From NCBI GenBank assembly GCA_020184695.1, contig JAANOX010000026.1, forward strand, positions 124,001-188,000: DNA of 64,000 nucleotides, in the 5' to 3' direction. Below the pieces are notes generated by a model. That model worked only from the letters and a program-made list of their open reading frames with translations, had not been told where the DNA came from and made no database searches. This stretch comes from Histomonas meleagridis 2922-C6/04-290x. Taxonomy: Eukaryota; Protista; Parabasalia. Position numbers and translations under genes: made by a program. Positions 1 through 12,109 of the stretch are shown here, one piece after another. How positions within the stretch are numbered: the first letter of the stretch is position 1; each line of letters opens with the position of its first letter.

Positions 1-262
1 TTAATCGATAATCCTGGAATGAAAGGTTGTGGTGAAATTTGAGAGCTTATTAAAAATGGAGCCATTAATGCAGTAGAATTAATTGGTGATAAGGTTACAA
101 CAATATTACGAACATCCTTTTGGAAAGACATAATTGGTGAAAGATAATTTTCAGCAACAACACCATGTTGTTCTAAAATTGTAAAATTAATTATTTTCTT
201 GGAAATTGCAATTTTTTGAATTTCGAAAAGTTGATTTAAAATATAATCATAACTATTGTCAT
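1..262 (-). CDS. Partial hypothetical protein running off the left edge (MTIVMIIFKSTFRNS...)
   Basis: ATG at 262; frame stays open to position 1; no recognisable motif. Confidence 0.3.
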
Positions 263-610
263 AATCTTTTTGTGCTAATTGATAATAAGGTTTTGGTAAA
301 GCAATTTTTTGGAAATGATTAATACATCTGTTACCTGAGAATCTTCCATTTTTTGGGTTTACACTTTTTGATTTCTGGAAAAATATATATAATGAAAACC
401 CACAATATATAAGCAGTGGATCTATTAGCACTAGCAGTATGACCGATTTTGGAGAAATTAAATTCCCTTGGGTCATGCTGCTGCTTTTATTTAGATAAAA
501 GTATGAATAAACGCTCACAAATATATTGTATAGTTTATTTCCGTCCTGGTGAACGTTACTTTATCCACAAAATTTTAAACGGACGTAATTTGGGGTGAAG
601 AAATTAGAAA

Positions 611-2605
611 ATGGGCGATTTTCTTAATAGGAAAACTAATAAAGTATGTCAACAATTTCAAGAACTTTATAATTACACAAGATATGAAGAATCTGAGCTC
701 GAACCATATATTAGAAAAATATTTCCAAATGGTAATCCACCAGATTTTATCACAAATTCTTTAATTTTTAGCCCATTAACTATATCATTTGATAATGACA
801 TCTCTAAAATTCAACAATCAATCAGAAGCAAACAGCATCAACTCCAAAGTTTACTTGAACATAAAAATCGCTTACAAAATCGTAAAACCAATGTTAATAC
901 CAAGGAAATCATTCAAAAATTACGAGATGATATACAAGCACTTGAAGCAGAATTAAAAGAAATATCATCATCAAATACGTATTCATATACTTATACATAT
1001 GACAAGAGCGCCTTACTTCTAAAATATAATTCTGAGATTGCCACACAAGAAGAATCAGCACGTCAACTTCAATTAGAAATCCAAGAACTTGAATATCAAC
1101 TTAAAGAATGCATGAGTGAACTTAATAAAACTCAAGCAACAAATGCGATGTTTAAAGAACAATTCGACAAATCTACAAAAGCACTTGTAGACTATAGACG
1201 AACCTTAAAGCGTCTGAACGTTGCTGCTGATGAACTGAACAAAAACCGTCAGCAACTTTTTCAACGCAGTCAAAATCTCACACAATTAATTCAAGAGCTC
1301 CAAATCAGCAAAAACAACAATGAGAAAGAAATTCATTCTCTAGATGAACAAGTTATGGAATATCAACAACTAATTTCATCATATCAATTTTTAGAAGATC
1401 AAATTAATGATCAAGGAAAACAACAAGAAAATGCATTAATGAAAATGGTTGAAGCTGTAGAACGCTATGAAGAATATAATGCTGAGACTCAAAAGAGCAT
1501 AATGTTACGTGATTCATATTTACAAGAAATTAAACGATTAAAAGAATTAGTTAATACAACAACAAAACAATTTGAAGCATCATTAAATGAACATGAAAAA
1601 TTTCTTCGAAACAAATTCGAAGAAGTCATTGAACAAATTCGACAAAAAATATTTTCACTTGAAACAGAAAATCTTCACCTTAAAAAAGATAAAGAAAATT
1701 ATCTTCAACGATTAGTTACATCAAAACAAGAAAATCATCTTTTAAAGATCGCGAAAGAAGATTTAGGCTTTACAAAGTTTATCGAAACTATGGCACATCT
1801 TAAAGCTGAAATAGAATCGTTATATTCGAAACGTAATCAACTTAATTCCGACATAACAAAATCGACGAATAACATCGATGAAATTAATAGTCAACTTATA
1901 ATAACAGGAACAAACGCTCGAAATGAACAAACTGAAATGAAGAAAAGAATTCAAATGATTGAAACAGAAATCGAATTACAAAAATCGACTTTTGACGAAA
2001 TGAAAGAAAAAAACGCAAAATATTCGATTGAGAACCAAAAACTTCGGAATGAAATTCTAAATATTCAACGAAATTCTTCGAATGAATGTCAAAGCAAACT
2101 TAAGAATAAAGAAGTTGAAATCCAACAACTTAAAATGCAAATCGAAGCAACACATTCGACAAATCAAAAATCACTTTCCGAAATGCAACAAGCAGTTTTA
2201 GCATTTAGACAACATGCTGATAAATGGAAACTGAAAACGCAATCGATAAATATCGAAGCAAATGATACGAAAAAAGAAATCGAAATACAAAACGATGATC
2301 TTAATGACAAAATTTTGGGGTTGGAAAAGGAATTAGAAAAAAGAAAAATATTAAAAGAAAATTGTAATAATATGTTAATAACAATGGAGAAACAAATTAA
2401 AGAATTAAAACAACAAATTGTTGTTAGTGAAAGAAAACAAAGAAATCAGGCAAATGTAATGGCGCAATTGGTGTCAAAGCAAAATAAATATAATGAAGAA
2501 ATAAGAAGAAAAGAGGATTTGTACGAGAAGTTGAAAGTTAAAGTAAAAAGAGGTAAAAGAGAATTGGATAAAAAAGATGTTGTTAATGATAAATATTCGA
2601 TATAA
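611..2605 (+). CDS. Long coiled-coil protein (664 aa)
   Basis: E/K/Q/L-rich heptad-like composition throughout; no specific family motif. Confidence 0.75.
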   Translation: MGDFLNRKTNKVCQQFQELYNYTRYEESELEPYIRKIFPNGNPPDFITNSLIFSPLTISFDNDISKIQQSIRSKQHQLQSLLEHKNRLQNRKTNVNTKEIIQKLRDDIQALEAELKEISSSNTYSYTYTYDKSALLLKYNSEIATQEESARQLQLEIQELEYQLKECMSELNKTQATNAMFKEQFDKSTKALVDYRRTLKRLNVAADELNKNRQQLFQRSQNLTQLIQELQISKNNNEKEIHSLDEQVMEYQQLISSYQFLEDQINDQGKQQENALMKMVEAVERYEEYNAETQKSIMLRDSYLQEIKRLKELVNTTTKQFEASLNEHEKFLRNKFEEVIEQIRQKIFSLETENLHLKKDKENYLQRLVTSKQENHLLKIAKEDLGFTKFIETMAHLKAEIESLYSKRNQLNSDITKSTNNIDEINSQLIITGTNARNEQTEMKKRIQMIETEIELQKSTFDEMKEKNAKYSIENQKLRNEILNIQRNSSNECQSKLKNKEVEIQQLKMQIEATHSTNQKSLSEMQQAVLAFRQHADKWKLKTQSINIEANDTKKEIEIQNDDLNDKILGLEKELEKRKILKENCNNMLITMEKQIKELKQQIVVSERKQRNQANVMAQLVSKQNKYNEEIRRKEDLYEKLKVKVKRGKRELDKKDVVNDKYSI

Positions 2606-3181
2606 ATAAAAAATTTGTGTGAAGAGTGAATTTTTTTTATTTTAAAAACACTAAAATAATTTTTTTTAATTCATTACAGATAATTCACATAATTTTTAAT
2701 AAATTATCGAAATAATAAAGTGGTTAATATACAAAATAGGAAGAAAAGAGGATTTGTACGAGAAGTTGAAAGTTAAAGTAAAAAGAGGTAAAAGAGAATT
2801 GGATAAAAAAGATGTTGTTAATGATAAATATTCGATATAAATAAAAAATTTGTGTGAAGAGTGAATTTTTTTTATTTTAAAAACACTAAAATAATTTTTT
2901 TTTAATTCATTACAGATAATTCACATAATTTTTAATAATTGATCGAAATAATAAAGTGGTTAATATACAAAATAGGAAGAAAAGAGGATTTGTATGAGAA
3001 GTTGAAAGTTAAAGTGGTAAGAGGTAAAAGAGAACTGGATAAGAAGGATGTTGTTAATGATAAATATTCGATATAAATAAAAAATTTGTTTGAAGAATGA
3101 ATTTTTTTTTTTTATTTTATAGATAATTTATATAATTTCTATCACTTGTTTGAAATAGAGTAGTTAATATACAAAATAAGC
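2502..3181 (+). repeat. ~235-bp tandem triplication of the 3' end and downstream region of the coiled-coil gene
   Basis: GAGGATTTG anchor recurs at 2513, 2748 and 2984; each copy includes the stop-codon region GATAAATATTCGATATAA. Confidence 0.95.
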
Positions 3182-3320
3182 AAAAAAATATTTTTATTAT
3201 GATAATTTCAACAAAAAAGTTAAACAATGTTAAAAAAAGAAAAACATCACAAAACTACAAAAAGAAATCAGAAAAAAAATATAAGTAAAAGTTAAATTCC
3301 AAAATAATAACAAAAAATTT

Positions 3321-4112
3321 TTATTGAAAATATTTTGTTGGATAATATGTGAAAACAAAATTGAATCCAATCTTTGGGAAAACAAAATCTAAAACAAAAT
3401 ATGGATGTCCGCTGTGCGCTGCAAGATCTGCAATCTTAAATAGAACAAATAAAATTGATGAAAATGGAACTAATTGATATAACGATAAAACATATTCTTG
3501 AGCAAAAATAAATTCTTGAGAAAAGCAGATGAGCATAAAGGTAACTAACATAATGCGTTTGACGTAATGGAACGGATAAAGCATAAATCTTCTGTTTGAT
3601 TTGAAAATCTTATCATCAAGATAATCAACAACACATGGAAAAGAATAAACAGTGGCTATAATATAAAGAACAACCACTGGACGAAATGCCATTGATGCAT
3701 TCCATATATAATTTACAAGAAGTTGAGAATTCCCAAATTCTGATAAAATTGTAATGATGCAACGACTAATTGGCCTCTTGAAAAACCTATAGAAAAGATC
3801 AAAAGGACATAAGTTTAAAATTGACCATACGATTGCGTATATTGAATATATTTGCTTATTATGTCTTTCTGGAAGATCTTTCGAAACTAACCACCCAAAT
3901 AAACAACGCGGTCCATAAAGTAATATAAACCCAAGAATAAAGCTCCTCCATCCTTGAAATCCATTGTTCCTAGGTGATGATCTTAAGAATAAGCAAACAT
4001 AAATACATTGAATCATATAAAATCCGGGATAGTAGTCTGAGTGGAAAATAATTTGCATCAAATCATTAAAAGTTAATTCTTGAATAGTTCCAATTAAATC
4101 TTCCAAAGGCAT
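3321..4112 (-). CDS. TRIC/TMEM38-like multi-pass membrane protein
   Basis: Several TM segments; VWSILNLCPFDLFY resembles the TRIC-family VWYLVFYCPFD motif. The ORF track starts at a GTG (4142); first ATG is at 4112. Confidence 0.55.
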   Translation of the reverse strand: MPLEDLIGTIQELTFNDLMQIIFHSDYYPGFYMIQCIYVCLFLRSSPRNNGFQGWRSFILGFILLYGPRCLFGWLVSKDLPERHNKQIYSIYAIVWSILNLCPFDLFYRFFKRPISRCIITILSEFGNSQLLVNYIWNASMAFRPVVVLYIIATVYSFPCVVDYLDDKIFKSNRRFMLYPFHYVKRIMLVTFMLICFSQEFIFAQEYVLSLYQLVPFSSILFVLFKIADLAAHSGHPYFVLDFVFPKIGFNFVFTYYPTKYFQ

Positions 4113-4618
4113 TAGCCCCTTAGTTAATTTTTTAACTGTCACTGTGAAAAAAAAACATAAAAAAAAAAAGAATTTAATCTTTAATTTTTAAGGCATTAAC
4201 TGATCTTTAGAGGGAATTTTTCTCTTTAAAGCCTATCTCTTATTTTCCTATTTTTTTTCATTTTGAAGGAAAGATATTCATTACTTATAAAATATTGATT
4301 AAAGTCATTTAATATGTGAAAACTACTTGTTTCTCAACAGCAATGATTTACTTTCTAATCAAGCATTTCTTAATTTTTTCATCATTATTTTTCATTATGA
4401 ATCAACTAGAAACTTTTGTCAAAGCGTATTAAAACTTAACGTTTTAATTTACTTATTTAGTACGTAGCCGAAATTAAACAAGTTCCGATTTCAGAATCGT
4501 TGTTTATCATTAAAAAACCTGTAAGATAAAAACCAATGACTTTTCATTCAACTTTTGCACTTTTTCAATCGATATCAACTGAAAACCGATACAATTCACA
4601 AAAAAGTGGCAGACAAAA

Positions 4619-5659
4619 ATGACCGAGAATCCGTTCGACAATTATAACAACGATAATCCTTTTGCTGCCGACGAATATGGAGCACCGGCCGACAATCCAT
4701 TTGCCCAACCAGCATACTCACAAACAACAACAACAACTACCACCCATAAAGATGATTCTGATTCATCCTCTTCATCCTCTTCATCCTCTTCTTCTCATAA
4801 ATATAACTACACTCCATCAATGCCAACAACATCTTCTTCATCTGGTTCACAGTTCAAAGATCCCGTTACTGGTGTTCCAATAACTGATGATGATCTTCGT
4901 CGACGCGAAGAAATGCTTGCTCGCAGAGAACGTGAAATTGAAGCTCTTGAAAATCGAGTGTCATCTGGTGATATTCCAAAAGTTCAAACTCGCAAAAATT
5001 TCCCACCACTTCTTAAATGGTGGGCATATCATCCCGATGAAGATCTTCCTGAAAAATCAGTTACCATTGCAAAGCAAATATTTTATGTCTACTTAGCTAC
5101 AGTTGCTGTTTATCTTATCAATTGTATCGGATGTTTCTGTTGCCTTGCATCAGCTGAACACACATCATCACCAGCCACAAAGATTGTTCTTTCACTTCTT
5201 TTCCTTATTATTTTCTGCCCGATTTCATTTGAAGTTTCATATTTCGTTCTTTATGATGCACTAGCTCGAGGTAAAGCACTTCGTTTCTTCTGCTTCATGG
5301 CAACATACATCATTTGGTGCGGCATTTTGGTATTCAATCTCATTGGTATTGATGATTCAGGATCAGTTGGTTATATCCAAATGATTAATCTCTTTGGTGG
5401 TCCAGCAGGAGTTGCGATCATAGCCCTCATTTTCTGCATTTTAGGTACACTTGATGTTGCTGCAATGGTGTTCACATTCATCAGACTCTTCAGGTATTAC
5501 AAATCAGAAGGACTCGAAAAGAAGGCATATGGAGAAGCTGCAGTTATTGCTGCCGAAAAAGCAAAGGAAAACAAGGATACAATCATCGACGTGGCAAAAG
5601 AAAACCCTGAATTCGTAGCAAACGCTGCTGCTACTGCAACAACTTATGCCTATGAATAA
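4619..5659 (+). CDS. SCAMP: Secretory carrier-associated membrane protein (SCAMP)
   Basis: Three N-terminal NPF motifs, amphipathic/coiled segment, KNFPP motif, four TM helices. Confidence 0.88.
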   Translation: MTENPFDNYNNDNPFAADEYGAPADNPFAQPAYSQTTTTTTTHKDDSDSSSSSSSSSSSHKYNYTPSMPTTSSSSGSQFKDPVTGVPITDDDLRRREEMLARREREIEALENRVSSGDIPKVQTRKNFPPLLKWWAYHPDEDLPEKSVTIAKQIFYVYLATVAVYLINCIGCFCCLASAEHTSSPATKIVLSLLFLIIFCPISFEVSYFVLYDALARGKALRFFCFMATYIIWCGILVFNLIGIDDSGSVGYIQMINLFGGPAGVAIIALIFCILGTLDVAAMVFTFIRLFRYYKSEGLEKKAYGEAAVIAAEKAKENKDTIIDVAKENPEFVANAAATATTYAYE

Positions 5660-6731
5660 TAAAATCAATCATGATGAGTAAAACAACAAACTGATTAATT
5701 TAGGATTTTACATCAAAACTGTTGATAACGATCAAAACGAATTCAATGCTTTGAGTGGTTAAACGTTTGACAAACGTTTAAACTTTTTTTAAATGAAAAT
5801 ATCTCATTTTATAATCATTTAATATTCCTTAACATAAATTGTTTAGAATGAATATACAATATATAATATTATATTAAAATTAAAAGTCTTTTTATTTTCA
5901 CTTTTTTCAGATTAAATTTTTTTCGAAATTTTATGGGAAATAGCTTGAAGTCGCCAATATTGTTTATCTTTGTTTTTCTCCCTCCAATTCTCAATTTTAA
6001 AACAAAATTTCTATTGCTTGACAATTTTCATGAAAATATATAATAAGAGGGACATACATGTTTTATTCCATATGCAAATTGGTAGAGTTCATATTAATAA
6101 TATATTTTACAATATTAAACCAATAAAAGATCAAAACTTGAACACACAATGTGTATCATAAAATAAATTATTTTATTGATATATCAATGATAACTTTAGC
6201 ATTTAATTAAAAGTGTAGCACATTTCTGGAACTTTACATTGGTGATTCATTATTTCATAATTTATTACAAATGAATGTACAAAATCAGTGAAACCAGGAA
6301 ACCTCAAGTCGCATAAAAATGATGCAAGAAAGGATTCAAAACCGATTACATAAAATATAGAAAAAATGTCATAACGATCGTTTTTTATACAATTCATAAA
6401 AATAACAACTGGCTTTTACCAAAAAATTTATTCATTTTTTGGTATTAAATATTTAAATTAATCTTCTTAATTAAATATTAATTACCTATTTTTTTTAAAA
6501 TAATGATTGGGTTTTCATTAATCATAGTTTAAACACTAAAGTAAATGAAGTCTGGAATCAATTCGTTTATGAACCATAATCAACAATTAATTGTATATTT
6601 TTAAAAACCTTTTTCTTCTATCTTTTTACGAATCAGAACAATAAACAGGTCATCATAAACATTATTAATTTTTATGAATGAAAAATAAAAATTATTGCTT
6701 TTTTGTTTATTAAAGTTTGGAATCACTTTTT

Positions 6732-9700
6732 TTAATTTGCTTCACATTTATCATGAATTAAATTGGTAATTTCCATGTGACCTTTTTTAGTAGCATATAT
6801 AAGTGCATTCCAATTTATTTTAAATAATTTCCAAATATTATTTTGATATTTTATTTTATAATAATAAACTTTTAATATGAACAATTAACAGCACATTTAG
6901 CATCAATATCAATTCCTTCTTGTTCAAGAAGTAATTTGGCTATTTCTATGCGATTATATGCAGCTGCACAAATGAGTGCTGTTCGAAATATTTAAAATAA
7001 TTTCCAAATAACACTTTGAAATTTTAAAATACTAAAATAAACATAAAACAAAATAAGGAAATATCTTTAACATTGATATCGATTCCTTCTTTTTTAAGAA
7101 GTAATTCAACAATTTGATTTTTCCCTTTTTTAGATGCTATGATAAGTATTGTTTGAAAAAATTTCAATAAATTCCAAATATTATTTTGAAATTTTAAGTA
7201 ATTAAAACAAATATTAAATAAAACATAAAAATATTTTTAGCATTAACATCAATTCCTTCTTGTTCAAGAAGTAAATTTACAACTTCTGTGTAACCAAATA
7301 AAAAAATGCGATCATTAATGGGGTATAAAATAATCAAAATTAACGCCAAGTTATTCAAATAAAGTTTAAATTATCAAAATAAAAATAATCTGCATTTATA
7401 TCAATATCTTTTTGTTCCAAAAGTAATTTCATTATCTCTATATTATTATTTCTAGCTGCTATATAAAATGCTGTTTTAAGTTTTTAAGTTAAATTATTCT
7501 AAATTATTGAAATAAATGTTTTTATTAAATTATTATAATAAATATTAAGTATGAAAAATTAATATAAATTTACATAAATAAACATCATATTATTAAAATA
7601 AATATGATATAGTTAAAGTAAATAGTTTTTGCATTAACATCAATTCCTTCTTGTTCAAGAAGTAATTTAACCATTTCTAAATTATCATTCTTAACTGCAA
7701 TATGTAATGGAGTTTGGAATTATTCAAATAAATACCAAATCATTAGAAGAAATATAAAACAATTAAAAGAAATATAAAATTTTGAAAATAAAGTTTAAAA
7801 CAAATAATTAAATTTTAAATTATTAAAATGAATATAAAATTAACAAAATAGATGTCAAATTATTAGAATAAATTCCAAATAAATTTAGTAAACATTAAGT
7901 TCATAAAACAATTATCAAATCAATTAAACAAATTCCAAAACATTCAATCAAACTTTAAATGAATAAAATGAATTCTAAACACTGAAAATAAATACCAAAT
8001 CATTGGAATAAACATAAAATTATTAAAATGAATGTCAAATATTTAAAAGAAATACCTTTTTCGTTAACATCAATTTCTTCATGTTCTAAAAGTAATTTAA
8101 CAATTTCTATGTTATCATATTTAACTGCTAAATGAAATGGTGATTGAAATTAATAAAATAATTCCCAAATAATGAAAATAATTTCCAAATATGGTAAAGA
8201 AATATAAAATTCAAATAATAAATTACAAATCACTAAAGCAAACTTTAAATTGTTAAAACAATTTTCAAATCATAAATATAAACAAAAAATTATGAATACA
8301 AATTTTTAAAATATGCAAATAAAATCTAAATCATTATGTTAAACATGAAAATATTAATATAAATTTCCAATTGTTTAAAGAAATTTTAAATTATGTTTTA
8401 AATAAATATCAAACTAGTAAAATAAAAATTCATTGCATTAACATTAATATTGTTTTGTGCTAAAAGTAATTTCACGATTTCAATGTTATTATTTTTAACT
8501 GCAATGTGAAGAGGTGTTTTAAATATATTAAATAAACTCCAAATCATTCGAATAAATTTCAAACTTGTTTAATAAATATAAAATTATTTAAGCAAACTAT
8601 AAATACTTAAAATAAATTGAAAATTATAAAAACATATTCTAAATACATAAAACATATATAAAATAGTGAAAACAAACTTTAAAAATATTAAATAAATTAC
8701 AAATTAACAAAAGAAATCCAAAATTATAAAAATTAACATCAAATTCATGAAAAAAATTTGAAATCATTAAAATATATACCAAATCTTGAAAATAAACATA
8801 AAATTAATCAAATAAATGCCAAATTGTCTAAGCAAATATAAAATATTCAAAATATATTTCAAATTATTGGAATAAATTGGAAATTATACAAATAAATCTT
8901 AAATTTTTAAAACGAATTACAAACTATTAAAATAATCCCAAAACTATTAAAATTAATTCCAAACTAATAAAATAAATTTTAAGTTATTAATACAAACAAT
9001 ATTATATTAAAACAAATTTTAAATTATTGGAATATATATAAAATTAAATATAGAAATTGTTTTTGCATTAATATTAATTTCTTCATGCTCTAAAAGTAAT
9101 TTGACTATTTCTATATTATTGTTCTTAACTGCTAAATGTAGTGGTGTTTCAAATTAAGAAAACAAATTCCAAATGATCAAAATGGATATAAAATCAATAA
9201 AACAAACATAAAATCATCCAAACAAACTTTAAATTATTCAAACAAACCCAAAATAATTCAAATAAATATTAAATTATACAAATAGATATAAAATTATTTG
9301 AATATATTTCAAATTGGTGAAACAAATATCAAATATTCAAAATAAATCTCAAATCTTTAAAATAAACAGTAAATTTGCAAAATAAACATTAAATTATAAA
9401 AATAAATCGGAAGAGATTAAATTAAATATAAAATTGGTCAAACCAACGTCAAATTATAAATGTAAATATCAAATTATAAAAATAAATATCAAATTATAAA
9501 AGTAAATTTCAAATTATAAAAGTAAATATCAAATTGTCAAAATAAACATTAATTTGATTAGAAAAACCCAAAAACATTTGAAAAAAATTCAAATTATAAA
9601 AATATATATCAAATTTTAAATAACAACATTAAATATGTAATATGAATAGTAAACAATAAAAACAAACATTTGATGCATTAATATTGATTTCAGGATATTT

Positions 9701-11336
9701 TAATAGTAATTTAACCATTTTAATATTGTTGTGTTGAACTGCCAAATGAAGCGGTGTTTTAAATGTGTGTATAAAATACCAAATCATATAAAATGAAGAT
9801 TTTCTTCATTAAAATTTGCTCCTTTTTTTAAAAGCAATTCAACCAATTCTGTGTAACCATTTTTAGATGCAAACATAAGTGCTGTATTAAATAATTCAAA
9901 TAACTTCCAAATATTGTTTCAAAATATCAAATCAAATATTTAAAATTTAAACAACATAATTAAACATCTGTTGCATTAATATCAATTCCTTCTTGTTCTA
10001 AAAGATATATAATAAGTTCAACATTTCCATGTCCAATAGCAAACTCCAAAATATTTTTTGGAATTTGATTATTTATAAGAAAATGTTTAACAAGATACAA
10101 ATTACCAGTTATAGCAGATTCATTAATAATAGAATCATTAATTTTCACTTCTTTTTCTTCTAAATATGATAAAATTTCAAAATTACTACTATCAACACAA
10201 AAATATCTCAGATCATTTATATTAGTTGTTGGAGTTTCAGATTTAAATCTGCTATACATAGAAGATATTCCAAAGCCTCCAAAATTTGTTTGATTTTGAA
10301 ATCTATTTCCAAAAAAAGAAGAACTACCAAATGGCGATTTACAAGAATTACCATCAGAACTTTGCTGATTGGTTTCATCCAATTTTTCTAATTTATTATC
10401 ATAAATATATTTAAAGATATCATTATGATGAAACTTAATTGCTGTTTCATATGCACCTTCAAATGATGAATGATTTAGTTCACATAAATGAATAATTTCT
10501 TCATTTCCACCTGCAACTGCATATTTACCTGTGAAAAATAATCTAGCGTCATTCATAAGTAAATATTTAAAACATTTAACTGATCCAAAAAATGCTGCAT
10601 AATCAATTAATGAAACATTATTTTGATTAATAAAGTCACATCTTTCATATATTGATGGTGCAATTTGTTGCTTAAAATCAAAATTATCATGCGATGATAT
10701 TTCTTGAAGTTTTTCAATATCATCATTCCGAATTATTTTCGCAATTTCATTTGAATTAACTCCTTCTTTAATTAATTTCTTATGAAGCTCGAAATTGTTT
10801 TTTGAGATTTCTTTATAATTACCTAAAAATTTATTCTCAAATGGATTTTTAAAACCAAAGCCAGTGAATATATCATTGAATTCTTTTTCTGTTTTATAAT
10901 GTGCAAAATATTTCGATTTAATATTTTTTAGTAATGCTTGCATCAATTAAATTTTTGTTCAATCATTTTCTCAATTAAATAATATGATTCTTGTGTTTTT
11001 ATTTTTAATGATACATTTAACGAAAATATCAATGATTTTGATGTTTTTGTCAATTTCTTCTTCTCTCTTTTGAAGTTGGAGTAAATAATTCAAATATTTA
11101 TCAAATAAAGATTTTTGAGAACAAAATGAAGAAAAAACTAAATTGCATATAACAGTATTAAATGAATATGGGAAAGTTAAATCGAATAATTTCATTGTTT
11201 GTTGAATTGAAGTTTCAATATTTTCTTCAGTTAAATTAAATATGATTTTGTCAAGTGAAGTTAGTAATTCCATGTAATTAGATTTGCTTACCTTATTTAA
11301 AGAATTTTCTTGATTTGTAATCTCTTGTTTCGACAT
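6732..11336 (-). CDS. DUF3447-type ankyrin-repeat gene, locus A; 11 ankyrin-loop inserts; N-terminal frameshifts
   Basis: ORFs 10971-11357 and 9960-10946 carry LIDYAAFFGSVKCFKYLL and YAVAGGNEEIIHLCE. Ankyrin segments (TPLHxA...LLLEQEGIDVNAK) continue down to ~6732, separated by inserts. Three apparent +1 A shifts near 10925-11000 and one T-run shift near 7300. Confidence 0.8.
7720..9667 (-). repeat. Four expanded arrays of degenerate 20-nt units (consensus ~TTTRRAATTTATTTTAATAA) inside ankyrin loops
   Basis: Inserts 9154-9667 (514 nt), 8524-9057 (534), 8150-8427 (278) and 7720-8053 (334); the 20-nt register can be read directly. Confidence 0.92.
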
Positions 11337-12109
11337 AAAACAATATGGTGAGAACAACGGTTTTCATATTCAAAATTGAATTAATTCGAACGACCAACTT
11401 TTTTTGATAAATTGAATTGCAATTAGCAATCAACATGTTGATTAAGTATTCAAATTTGAAAAGTGTTCTAGAATACCGCTAAATTTCATCATATGATATG
11501 AAAGAGAGAGAGAAATTCCAATGGTTTGAAACAAAAGTAAAAATGGTCTTTGAATAAGATAAAACGGCTTCTTGTTTTTGTTCAACAGCAAATTTATGGT
11601 AAACACAAAGAAAGATCTCAAAATTTCACCCTTCTCAGATATTTTCCTGGTTACAATTTAAAAATGCATTACCTGATATGTTCATCACTTTAATATAAAA
11701 AAAAATATTTATAATAAAAATACTTTTAACAACAAAATTAAGTAACATCATGAACAATGTTAATAATTTTTTGAACCTTTTCAAGTTCTAATTGTGACTT
11801 TGGTTCAGTAAAACGACCGTTAACCAACGGGACTTTTGAGCATGCTCAATTTGAAGCACAAAAAAGACGTTAAATCACCTCATTTAAATCGATTAAATTT
11901 TTGTGAACCTTATTTTTTCGGTTTTATTTTGATTCTTTAACTTAATTTCAGTGAAAGTTAACGAACTCTTTGGTGATTCTATGAAAATAAAAATACCGCT
12001 AATTTTTGAAAGAGAATACATTTTGCCAATTAACTTTTCAAGTGAATTGAACGCAAATCGATTTAAATCATTAAAGCTTTCAAATATCGAGTCTGAAAAG
12101 TTTAGGGCA

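Noticed and set aside
5970-6397. Two ~63-aa ORFs between SCAMP and locus A
   Set aside because: No recognisable motif; consistent with chance or a gene relic.
7720-9667. CRISPR array interpretation of the periodic repeats
   Set aside because: Units are contiguous and degenerate with no repeat-spacer alternation; there are no cas genes and the context is eukaryotic.
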